A DNA stretch of 64,000 nt from Amoebophrya sp. A120 (lineage: Eukaryota > Protista > Dinoflagellata). Positions 13,001 through 20,540 of this stretch are shown here, in pieces. The stretch spans positions 1,483,557-1,547,556 of the forward strand of contig CAJINV010000003.1 in assembly GCA_905178155.1 (NCBI GenBank), in the 5' to 3' direction. The first letter of the stretch is position 1. Every line of letters begins with the position of its first letter. The notes beneath the pieces are model-generated. The model saw only the letters and a program-made list of their open reading frames with translations. It did not search any database and was not told the DNA's origin. Both the position numbers and the translations under genes were made by a program.

Positions 13001-16000
13001 ACAACGGGGATCGGGTGTTGCTCGTGCAGTTTCTGTTGCAGGAACGCGTCGATGAAATTGTGGAGAAACTGATCGTGAAGGAGCGGGAGTATACACAGCT
13101 GAAGGAAGAAAGGAAGAGAATTGCGGACGAACAGCGCGCGGCGGTCTTCCGCGCCAACCAGATCTGTGTCACGACCATCACCGGTGCAGCCATCTACGCG
13201 AAAGAGATCGAAAAAGCGGCTTTCGACGTGGTGCTCGTCGAAGAGGCCGCGGAGGTGCTGGAAGGCCAGCTGGTCGCGATGCTGAACGGCAGCGTGAAGC
13301 ACCTCATCATGATCGGGGACCACTACCAGCTACCGCCTCCGGTGCAGTCGTCGGTGCTGCGGGAGCGGTTTTTCTTCGGACGAAGTCTAATGCACGAGCT
13401 GATCGATATGTGGCAGGCAATGGAGCTGCTGTCGCCCGGAGGTCGTGGGGGAGCTGGAGCCACCGCAGCAACGTCATCAAATGTCTGCATCAGCGGGGAA
13501 GCGATTTTGATGCGACAAAGCCGTATGGATCCGGAGATCGCGAAGTACTTGCGTGCCGACCGTAGCGGGGGTCGAAATGAGGCAAGATACCCGAAGCTGA
13601 AGGACAATCTGAACATCGTTGGCAAGTACACTCGCGAGGCACTTCCCCTTGTTTATCCGGTGGAAAAACGCGACGCGGTGTTTATCGCTGATTTTCTACA
13701 CCACGCACCTGTTTTTTTCTGGGACACGCCACTGAAGGGAACCTGGTGCGACGAGCGGCAGGAGCTCAGCTTCAAAAACCATGAAGAAGCCGAGCGCCAA
13801 CTTGCAGTGTTCATGCTGATGGTATCCCAGGGAATTCCGGCCCACAAGATCACGATCACGGCGCCCTACCGTGCCCACATCCGCTACATCAAAACGGAAC
13901 TTATGCCAAAGGCGAAGAAGGCGCGAAGGGACTATTTGATGTGCGCGTGGTCGATCGCTGGACTTGAACTTGCCGAGGAAAGGGAGGCCCGGTTTGCAGC
14001 ATTAGACGAAGATCCGCTTCTGAAGTGCTTCGACGAGGTAGTGTGTACACCGCTCGACGGGTACCAGGGCAACCAAAATGACCACATCATTCTTGCGCTC
14101 GTGCGGTCCAACTCGACTTTGGACTGTGGCTTCTTGAAAAAGGAACCAGAAGGCATTTGCCGCCGCACTGTGGCGCAATCGCGAGCGCGCAAGTCCTGGA
14201 TCATTATTGGCAGCGCTGACTGTTTTGGGCACGACCGCTGTGGAGGTGGCAATTCGAAAGCAGCCCGACGCGGATCGAAAGACAAAATTTCCATTGCCGA
14301 GGAACCATCGGAGCCAGAAAAAAATGGCGGATCATTTCGCAGCAATTCCGTTTGGGGTGCTGGTCTCATTGATCATCTACGAAAGGACAATCGGGTGTCG
14401 GAGACCTTGCCGCTCAAATGTCCGAGGCACGACCCTCCTGTGCGAAACTCGAACCCGGCTTCTTGTGGTGAAGAAGGCACGACTGGAGAGGCAGCTATTG
14501 CTTCTGGTGCTAATGCTAAAACTCCATCGTTTTTTCCCGCCTGCGCCAGCGAGCTCAGTGATCCCGTCATCTGTCAGGACTTGCCAGAGGTGGAGTCCGA
14601 CCAAGATCCACTGTCGTTCACGAACCGATTGATTTGCACGAAAATTTGCAATAGAGAGCTACCCTCCTGCGGACACGCCTGCAGGCGGTACTGTCACGCC
14701 GGGGAATGCGATGCGCGATTCTGCAGGGAGATCGTGTTGACGCCGTGTGCGAAGTTTCCGGACAAGCATCTCGCGCTTCGCCGAGTGTGCAACGCGCCGG
14801 AGGTCGTGTGCCAGGCCGAGGTGCAATTCACTTGCAAAAAAGTGCGAAGTGACGGCGGAAGACAGGTGTCTTGCAACACAACGCTAACACGTAAGTGTTA
14901 CCAGAACGGAGACCTGGTACAGCACCTGGTCGACTTTCCGTGCAAAAAATGCACTCGCCCGATTGAAGCGCCCTGCGATACAAAGCCAGCAGACCTGCGT
15001 TGCAAGGAAAACTGCCAAAGGAAACTCGCATGCGGACATGCCTGTCCGCTTCTTTGTTGGGAGGAGTGCAGAAAAGCAAAGTGCCAAGTCAGGGTCACGC
15101 AAAAGTGCGCCGCGGGTAAACACACCATAGAAATGCCGTGCTGGCGAACGACCGGCTTTGGGAAGGTGTCCCAGCTGCAGTTTATTTGTCGGGCGGAAGT
15201 TGCTTTTACGTGCCCGGTGTGTAACCGCAAGCAAAAAAAGTTCTGTGGGGAATCAGAAACGCACTGCAACTTCCCCTGCGGGAAACTTTGCAGTGCGGGG
15301 CTGCATGCCTGCACTGCCCGCTGCGGAGAATGCGCCGCCACCGGCACCTGTTTGGCAAGTGGCGAATGCCGCAAGTGTGCGGGCGACGAACTGCAGTACC
15401 AGGTGGATCGCATTTTCAGAAACGCTGCGGGCTCGAACGCGCCCAACAACACGCGGCGGCAATTTCGCTCTTTCAAGCTGTCACAGCTCAGTTTTCCAGA
15501 GCCCGCGGTCTACAACTTGTGGTTGCGGTCCTACGGTGGAGCAAATTATGCGAGAGACCACCACGACCAAGAGGCGAAGACGCCGGTGCACCTGGAAGAC
15601 ACCATTCAGGAGATCAAGGACCTGCAAAGAAGCGACATTTTTGGTGGTGCGGCCGGTGAAAAACGGCTGCTGGACCTCCTTCCGAAGGACTTGGACGTCG
15701 TCCAAGTCAGCTTCGGTATGTGCGTCGCCATGGACCCGCAGTTGCTGTACGTGTTGCGACGTTGCTTCGGTCCGGAGCAGAAGATCAGCGTGCGTTTCTT
15801 TCGCACGAAGGACGATTTCAACAAGGTTTCCACCGCGAAGTTTCAGCAGGTCGTGCCAAGCGAAAAAGATACGTTCGAATTCGAAGAAATCCAGCTCCGG
15901 CCGTTCCCCGCCACGACAAAGCCCGGCCTGGTGTCCCGGCGTCCAGAGGTAGATCAACATGATCCCACGCACGCGATACTGGACTCGGGGAATATTCTGC

Positions 16001-16482
16001 ACTTTCATGAGTTGGCGGCTCTGCAGACCGTGCGAGTGGGCGCCAGTACGTTTACGACCGAGAAGAGGCGCACCAATTTTCGCTACCTGCTGTGGGTGTT
16101 TCGCAGTTTGATCCGGCGCTATCCGAAATGTGAGATCAAGATCCCCATCTATCGGGACAAGGCGGACGCGTTCAAACGCGACCACGTAGGCATTTTCAAC
16201 GAGATGCTGCGATTGGAGCACGAGCGGTGCGTCCAGGCAAAGGTTTCGCCGCGGACGGAACGGGAGTTGTTCACCATCGTGCGACACGGTCAGGACGTGG
16301 ACCTGTACTGCCTGAAATTGGCGGTGCTTTACAGCAGTCCGGCGACGCGCGTGGCGATCGTCACCAACGACGCCTACCGGGAGCATCGCGAAAATTTTCC
16401 GAGTTTGAAGACCAATTTCGACACGGGTAAGCTCTTGGTCCCGTTCACCATCGTGCCGGAGGAGGAAGTCGCGTTGTTTTAG
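4081..16482 (+). CDS. ZNFX1-like UPF1-family (SF1) RNA helicase with NF-X1 zinc fingers and a C-terminal Regnase/Zc3h12a-type NYN (PIN) RNase domain, 4133 aa
   Basis: ZNFX1-type pre-helicase blocks (LPLIPTLDEL, GYESYEHY..LRQD, MMYGNLIVISLD). Walker A GAPGCGKS (about 11800), VEEAAEV, IGDHYQLPP, RQSRM, DGYQG, VAQSRAR. Cys/His-rich CGHxC repeats at about 14630-15380. ILDSGN...DVDLYCLKLA...IVTNDAYREH at about 15970-16390. Confidence 0.9.
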   Translation: MDELLGHRYVPVGRAPPPDEGMICVDQVTGQIVIVPDNVVKVLKQAEKRTELSAYNRSALAMRSSGGSLVSSSARPSGSHSGSHIVQTGGATKNALPAAEEAQDTAASKVAKKKRNKKNKKASPDDAGGAATPGSSPSADPPKAVLQPSNISPEERGARSSTGEAADTTSKGCMKKSDSSNTPVHDFGDSFWQKEVVAIEENSSWSQEVVASGPGKHMCYYLANLGYNSVVETYPNLKPQLILGRNITKLRKKDVTGYFCEKAPLGKEVQLALKTKSNKTQPGKDAQWAADLKLDLGKNESLKQFVYDRTEKFPYECAEDFLKDIFCLHEPGSTSSPKTSQRGGATSEQSAAVVTAIANEVLWYDASVRCHLREGLVVLLNAKNCRSFRLAVLEKVCHAAVQVLQEFLPSAAKKQEQVDSATESTSTTAEQVASDEHVDIENSANKELVQTAVARFQHFCQWLQQELDDFTLQLFDDDGKAAKAVRTELTAVVNMFKLCSSSKDSTYSNNCAAAGEKKDCAQGKNFYLQTEDHQLDVLLSCSRQLLGSAVWKGVGSLKHLIAFVEQLHEVGDVGDSVWKELTCSSGSLSTSTSLSSTKRAEVVAAPFEEEDDDSEDEQSVSEYESLDGDADENGLSLEQARAPAADEDPRAPQRQTCCIRLRKKCVDSSFGSLEKSSHSFPEQSQTAIFSDLPLLLRCYQGAAYVRGLRSPLAKQRFDELLACFVEDELKKLTDLSKVAAVRPHEIDESSFAADFWPPVLDLMSTRNGELYTQLDPQPFVLEDQLPMASEIATTETAIAQSTPAEVSIGRCGVAGEDKKELNTDRLIRALRDPIEFLDLFLFEAARAGNPWIVSVPFAMEKLLTSFLQHAFVQDLLRDQDAALRLGAMLRKALGRLREREPGCMCFIKAALPDRQETSYEFLSRLQGVFAQTFDNLGRSRYLHQVPESIFVFLPLLLDGVGDVHKPLQLRGDVTEHLTGCLCDVLDFLGQRVCTDDDEFGLDATSRTMANKFLLAEGARDEQCRRNYRAAVGKLVQASRVHCDTIFTASLPVREVAEKSRKYSVAGQLDRNCGKLVDAHAAVTGCIHASSPAALTVADTAEEFVDTKALLSCSWGFKLEVVLPVLDALVQTCADRVQAVCIFLQREERRQQQLFLDAFKEAEKLENRIRNTILQDGIGALLKGHLLGRTYEAYCATRDSRPLPCDPDAEPIFAVMTLGKMTERKAAEATGKNPLAKSMAAAAEDSNAGRTSRDLRVAFERHCKPKLIFDQQGQCTGLTPLKLLCLLCTHAATATAEQFLDFVEDTTVEELEVVGGVEDEDLEERGAFNAQKLVEDVAAAQQSSKDDEPAKEQAFTGENLHTKDVVEGREPAAPTQVESKVVSAEPSSSVQPLARAASATEVDQTEKGIASSVENNWIQRGVGKKDFYSEEGYALGIINDSNHIVVKNNFRHESSRRYLEDNNIKCFESDMHMKNDSPRLIWVMFTMAETNIKDTRLQRPGSYVQFQIDMSRAPILEQNSPHGKATYFAINSSVWRASWQYQSYEWVLQEPTVHHRSQTRLDRKQSDMLNEELFADHTDVAATGKEPTKRAWACVFHDMKFAREDFRQQHDGRSLLGQIAYRADDSFVKKVGFVKPLGPREGAEFPEVKTMLGKNKMENFGKSAQFIHVDLKGLARHARLEPIKGDVVSFTLDEDSKKVSEVVSGRKKYLPARDLHVVRYKSTINSGARTGSASSPMRGLRHLLKLLEPVYTKSLTSTSVADFEKELGWYSLVSEALQQFQDVASSPEDATTTNRTRRRANTASRGDASTRNGPGDGDLSDFSDASSDAFDEEDDAFLGPGDEDVSMRQRSQAELEALRKRTALITSGESGAAFFQLCVEELLQLLDVSFHFPLTADEMAEVGAGNQDLYLQGGGGGTLGATSYVTSRSSSVLPARSSGATTVWGVAPSVVGATLAEERARLVNAILGLMMSFEREYRQRVGVTVKAPGEPQNPNIDPRQCLDATRHSSLLVTFLSALTHLAESRQSASAAQLDLVARALARCFKLKEKASPNSSPADSAFQKPRGDRGQQKQSALSKSKSNNKSSGSALLLRSSSSSSQQNASHLAGLSVVGLTGVSELFQFVVANVQIYDPNLIEGFRALFSSGPLRALQTRAETALLYDVHGFLEQAQKTHLNAMRFLAQRAQVAQGTREELEEKHWSELPLIPTLDELRDDRLGNLPVVPDVRAAVRKFMNESRAGADSARGETTSIIGLRGYESYEHYMNTILRQLRQDTFSSLRMGVSRYIRSRTVDFGLMRMYNPQFVGFHFRDQDTISVVLKVQAMKDSRTGDYNKYWADNGGMMYGNLIVISLDGDFEDEGRLVYAQVSWSDKEILRTEGIFFAEILPREITGSERSPMEQVIALIAALSSGDNEAVLAESPAYYKAFSPGLKCLQGKKQLENLPPFASEFIFGTKSYAGPHLVPGRESGPRSGVFPAWSTPTEPAPFYLNQWPGATVEIGLLDQQATSEDGSAVESTSRRMRVDECVPVLLSKKGEEGRNANDRSLDSNVATALDEFQQHAVGVVLSRAIAAIQGAPGCGKSHLAVLLVRLLASLRDKNGAPVRLRFLIVTYKNKALNELAEALLKYFPKDLVRVGSGGTGEDSSELLESRNLNLLKSAYQQTEESHAFNEEWKRADKRLDVVSTEMEELATRLVKARFWSISLFVLRSRPGQLEQLLRGAGEKGHLQMSVNELSKCLTEAEQWVTRMRQIRNKDLTLANFLDCEAEYLKDPVLHKTRLDLYACLSDALEKWVPQMQWFQAVAERVRQHKVIGGRKLDLQNDRKFKSLVVELKDGKRTRAFEERNAAHELQESSGSNSASSTSLAAQNYASNGASLEDDDEEDFLKEAQYQRDAGEMMDNNVLSVEPRRGRRYNNQGQGVRGNRMTFKDWEDHKKHVIFLDASTSDAIRYAPEVTEYFASRKPNLLKRKDLWSLDNGDRVLLVQFLLQERVDEIVEKLIVKEREYTQLKEERKRIADEQRAAVFRANQICVTTITGAAIYAKEIEKAAFDVVLVEEAAEVLEGQLVAMLNGSVKHLIMIGDHYQLPPPVQSSVLRERFFFGRSLMHELIDMWQAMELLSPGGRGGAGATAATSSNVCISGEAILMRQSRMDPEIAKYLRADRSGGRNEARYPKLKDNLNIVGKYTREALPLVYPVEKRDAVFIADFLHHAPVFFWDTPLKGTWCDERQELSFKNHEEAERQLAVFMLMVSQGIPAHKITITAPYRAHIRYIKTELMPKAKKARRDYLMCAWSIAGLELAEEREARFAALDEDPLLKCFDEVVCTPLDGYQGNQNDHIILALVRSNSTLDCGFLKKEPEGICRRTVAQSRARKSWIIIGSADCFGHDRCGGGNSKAARRGSKDKISIAEEPSEPEKNGGSFRSNSVWGAGLIDHLRKDNRVSETLPLKCPRHDPPVRNSNPASCGEEGTTGEAAIASGANAKTPSFFPACASELSDPVICQDLPEVESDQDPLSFTNRLICTKICNRELPSCGHACRRYCHAGECDARFCREIVLTPCAKFPDKHLALRRVCNAPEVVCQAEVQFTCKKVRSDGGRQVSCNTTLTRKCYQNGDLVQHLVDFPCKKCTRPIEAPCDTKPADLRCKENCQRKLACGHACPLLCWEECRKAKCQVRVTQKCAAGKHTIEMPCWRTTGFGKVSQLQFICRAEVAFTCPVCNRKQKKFCGESETHCNFPCGKLCSAGLHACTARCGECAATGTCLASGECRKCAGDELQYQVDRIFRNAAGSNAPNNTRRQFRSFKLSQLSFPEPAVYNLWLRSYGGANYARDHHDQEAKTPVHLEDTIQEIKDLQRSDIFGGAAGEKRLLDLLPKDLDVVQVSFGMCVAMDPQLLYVLRRCFGPEQKISVRFFRTKDDFNKVSTAKFQQVVPSEKDTFEFEEIQLRPFPATTKPGLVSRRPEVDQHDPTHAILDSGNILHFHELAALQTVRVGASTFTTEKRRTNFRYLLWVFRSLIRRYPKCEIKIPIYRDKADAFKRDHVGIFNEMLRLEHERCVQAKVSPRTERELFTIVRHGQDVDLYCLKLAVLYSSPATRVAIVTNDAYREHRENFPSLKTNFDTGKLLVPFTIVPEEEVALF

Positions 16483-17370
16483 GTCCGGGCCCGAAAGAAA
16501 AATTACGGGATACAAGAGGAGCATCATTCAACTTTTTTCTCGTGTGCATTTTCCGACAACAGAATCGGATCCGATTCCGTTCCATATCCCATGGCAAGAA
16601 AGGTGCAGTAGTCTCTTGCACTTCGCAACATGATTAAAACTGAAAACAAAAATGATATGTCACTCACGTGACCTCATTCATATCTCGTCAACAAGGAGAG
16701 CTTAAACATATTCGCGCACTTTCCTTGCTGCTCTGCATGTATCTATGTACGGAATTTTTTGAAAGAGTTAGAGTGGATCGTCTCAGCGATGATTTCGCAG
16801 AAGCCACTGCTCAGGCGTTTCATGATAAAACAAGGAAATATGACTTGGACGATTGAAGTGCGGAAATCGCATTTAGACACCACTTATATCAGAATTCGCA
16901 TCGTCACTCGGGACGGATTCGTAACGCAGACAGGCACAGTCGCAGATGATTTTCTCGAACTACTGCACGGGTGTAGTCGTGTTGCCTCTGAGTCTGATTA
17001 TCAGATGGAGGCTGGAAATCGAAATAAAACCTTGACTCCGTGTCTTTCGGTTATGTGATCCGTGCGTGTTGACTGACATTGATATAAATATACCGGTTCG
17101 TTTTTTGTGTTGGCTACTACTGAGTATTAGTGCCAAAGAAGCTTGCAACACTTGTTTTTTGCTTCTCCTTGTCGTAGTATCATCATGTCCACCACGTGCG
17201 GCAAAAGCTCTCGAATTAGAAGTGAAGTCGTCCCACGCAGAACTTCGATAGGAATCAGGATTGCCTTTCGAGAAGAGGAATTGGATTGAGTGCTGGCGTT
17301 AATTGTTTGCGTTAAGTACTCGATTGAATCGAGCCTTGATGTTCGATTGAGTGCTTCGTCTTCATTTGCT

Positions 17371-17580
17371 GACCTCGGCGGAGATTGGGAAGCTCCGCGG
17401 AGGTCGGGGAGGTCAGCAACCTCCGCGGAGGTTGGGAAGCCTCCGCGGAGGTCGGCAACGTCCGCTTAGGTCGGCAACCTCCGAGGAGGTCGGCAACCTC
17501 CGCGGAGGTTGGGAAGCTCCGCGGAGGTCAGCAACCTCCGCGGAGGTCGAGCAGGTCCGCGGAGGTCAGCAACCTCTGCT
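17371..17580. repeat. Tandem array of about 10 palindromic units (about 19-20 bp; core ACCTCCGCGGAGGT)
   Basis: Repeated GGTCGGCAACCTCCGCGGA / GGTTGGGAAGCTCCGCGGA variants, directly visible in intergenic DNA. Confidence 0.9.
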
Positions 17581-18075
17581 GGGGCAGCTCCCGTCCGTGT
17601 TTCCGGTCGCGCTTTCTCTTTTTTCTCATGCATTTATTGGGGAGCCCCAGGCCCAGGTCCAGCTCGTGCTTGCGGAAAACGAGCGCCCCTGTATTTTGTT
17701 GTGTGTGACTTGGCTTCAAAATGTTTTCGAGTTTGAGCGGGTCGCGAAAGGCGGGTGACTGTAGTAGCCTGTGTTGAAATCAGGGGTGGTGGGCCGCTGT
17801 GTGTCTCAACAGAGTTTCATAGTGCTTTCGAGTTTTGACTGTGAAAGAGTGGGCAGTTGTTAGTCGTGGCCGGGACAGAGTGTAAGAAACAAGATAGAAG
17901 ATGAAAAGTGAAAGAAGTAGCAGGAGAGGGGGACAGGTCGTGTCTTCTTCGTCACTGGTTTAGTCTGCTTGATGAGAGACGTCGACATCGCATTGACCAT
18001 GATGATTCCCATTATTGTTGCAAAAGAATGCAGTGCAAGCCACAGCTTGAAATTGACAGCCAGTTTGAAATCAGC

Positions 18076-19572
18076 ATGGCGCGCACGGCTTCGCCCTGCC
18101 GCGTTTCCGTGGGAACGTCGACGCTGCAGTCTATTTGCCTCTCGTCCTCTTCATCGTGCATGCGCGCGAATGCGGCCCTCGTCGTAAGCAAGGCTGGGAC
18201 AACAGCAGGCAGGCCCGCGCCTCCCAATGCAAATCCACCGCATGCCAACGTGCATAACGTGTTGACGTTCACGACGGGACCAGTGAATGCGCAAAGCTTC
18301 GCAAACACGGACGAATTGCGAGGGCTAGCCACGTTCGCGCTAGTGGACGACATCCAGGCCCGGGTGTGGCGTTCGTACCTCCCGGAAATTGTTGCGGAAG
18401 CGAGACACCTCCGGCACCAAGCACTCGAGACACCGTTGTGCCGCCTCTTCTCTCTGCGTCATCAGCGGGACGAGCATCTCCATCGGGAGTACTACGTCAC
18501 GGATTCTGAAGAAGGGTCGAGTTATGTGTCTTCCAGCTACGTGGGCTCTCCGGTGCACCAGCCCTCTTCTCCGGCTAATCAGGGCTCGGCGACGGTCCTC
18601 GGCCACGAAGCAGAAGAACCTCCTGCAGCGGAAGGAAGAGTCATATTCGGAGCAGGAGAGAAATCAGGATGCCGCAGCCCGGGTTTGGAAAGTGGCGAGC
18701 GGTTTTTGGGTGATGAAGAACGAGCTGCTGACGTTGATGTTCCTGCTCCCGAACAAGGGACGGACCCGTTACCAACAGTCGGTCCGCCACATAGACGCGC
18801 ATCGGATACGGAGCAGATGACAGGATCAAGAAGCGCTTTCGTGGGTGCGACGTGTGTCGAGCCTGCAGCTGCATCTTGGGAGTTTGCACACCTCGAACTC
18901 ACTTCGCCAGCAGCACGAAACGGGATCGGAGGCAGCGCCGGTCCTTTCTCCAACACGAGCACGACGAAGGGTCTGGATCTCGCCTGCCTGGTCGCGCTGA
19001 GGGAAAAGTTTTCCGTGCGGGAGCAGAAGGAAGCTGTGAACCAATACGCCGATCCAGTTTTCCGCAAGGAGCGGTACGCGATCGAGAATTCGCCGTATGC
19101 CAGGGCGCTGATTCGTTCATCCCCATCTGCTCGAGCAGCGCCGGGTCGTGGTAGCGAAGCTTCTGAAGTTTCTGAAGAACCAGGTTGCGAAAACCTAGAC
19201 CAACCCCGCACGGAATCGGATGCACAACTACGTGCCAGCAATAAGCTGCCTGTTCGGACACGCACAAGCAGTCAACGGGAAGACGCTGCCGCAAACAGTG
19301 CGTACCCGACGTCCTGGTCCGAGATACTCTCTTCACCTGTTCACGTCGATTTTGGTACAGCGCATTCATCTTCGAAACTGAGGCGGACGCGCGTAGACCT
19401 GGACTGCAGCGTTTGCAGAAGTGTCCTATCTGTTCGGGAAAATTCCGTGTCAAAAAAGATGGTCTGCCTGCCGTGCGGTCACGCAGTGTGCGAAGGAGCT
19501 TGTTTGCAAGAGATACTGGATCTGTTTCCGGGGCATGACCGGTTAGTGTGCCCGTCGTGCGGCTCGTGCTGA
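18076..19572 (+). CDS. RING-finger protein (C-terminal RING-HC-like), putative E3 ligase
   Basis: C-terminus CSVC...LPCGHAVCEGAC...CPSC. The ORF is open from 17908 (GTG); in-frame ATGs at 18028 and 18076, so the start is uncertain. Confidence 0.75.
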   Translation: MARTASPCRVSVGTSTLQSICLSSSSSCMRANAALVVSKAGTTAGRPAPPNANPPHANVHNVLTFTTGPVNAQSFANTDELRGLATFALVDDIQARVWRSYLPEIVAEARHLRHQALETPLCRLFSLRHQRDEHLHREYYVTDSEEGSSYVSSSYVGSPVHQPSSPANQGSATVLGHEAEEPPAAEGRVIFGAGEKSGCRSPGLESGERFLGDEERAADVDVPAPEQGTDPLPTVGPPHRRASDTEQMTGSRSAFVGATCVEPAAASWEFAHLELTSPAARNGIGGSAGPFSNTSTTKGLDLACLVALREKFSVREQKEAVNQYADPVFRKERYAIENSPYARALIRSSPSARAAPGRGSEASEVSEEPGCENLDQPRTESDAQLRASNKLPVRTRTSSQREDAAANSAYPTSWSEILSSPVHVDFGTAHSSSKLRRTRVDLDCSVCRSVLSVRENSVSKKMVCLPCGHAVCEGACLQEILDLFPGHDRLVCPSCGSC

Positions 19573-20540
19573 CTGCCTGCGTTTTTTTTTTTTTCGGTTC
19601 TCAGGAGTTGTTACATTGAAAGTCAAACTAGGTTGCACCTCACACTGTTTTAGTATGAATTACTTAGTATGAAAAGATAACGGAGTCAGAAGTAAGTTGG
19701 TAAGTACGAACAAAAGCTGTGGAGGAGGTACAGTCGGTCATAACCATAGTCAAGATTATTTCTATGTGCATTCATCATAACAAACATGAGAAGAACAAGA
19801 AGTCGTTTGCTGGGTGTGCATCTGCATGCCAGTTTGTAGGTGGAGCTACGTGAAAATCAGATGCCCCCTTTTGAATTCTGAGTAGTTACTACAAGTAGTA
19901 GCACAGTAAGTATGAATTGGGACGGTCGGAAACCCACTCTGAATGTACATTTGCGTTTGGATATATCATTTCTTCTGCAGCAACTTTTTCGTCAGTTACA
20001 GCTGGCAGACGTTTGTCAGGGTCGCCGCGGCTCTCTGCGAGGTGTAAAAATCGCTGGCGTCCGGGTGCGCTTCTGTTTGTGTTTGTTTTGTTTGTTTCGA
20101 AATTCGCAAAATTCGACGAGAGCCAGGGCGAGGTTTCAAAACACGACAGAGAATTTGGTGGAGAGAAGCCTGGGTTGAAAATTGGTTCGTTTCGTAAATC
20201 GTGGATCAGTCGGACCCTTTTTCGGTGTATTCTTTTGTTGTGACAAGAAAAGTAGCTGCAGAATTGGCACAGTCTTCGAACACAAATTCGCTATTGCCTC
20301 GCCGTTTCCACTTTTCTCGCATTATGGAAAAAATAAAAAAGTCTTCCTTCGGCCCAGTAGCAGTAACACTTTGACCTTCGTCAAATACCCTGCTGTACTG
20401 GCCCTCGACGCAGAAGTACATCTCCTGTAGATTTGTTTTGTGGTTGTTGTGATATGCGAAAAGAAACCCCTCTTCGACCCGCAGTGGAAGGGATAAATAC
20501 AAGATAGTTTATTTGTGTACTTGAATAGAAGAAACCAACA

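Noticed and set aside
11827-16527. Long minus-strand ORFs opposite the helicase (likewise 58833-61007 and 41914-43806)
   Set aside because: Antisense shadows of GC3-rich coding sequence with no motifs.
17351-17758. ORFs over the palindromic minisatellite, or a CRISPR array
   Set aside because: The ORFs are repeat translations. The linkers are short and recurrent rather than unique spacers, there are no cas genes, and the context is eukaryotic.
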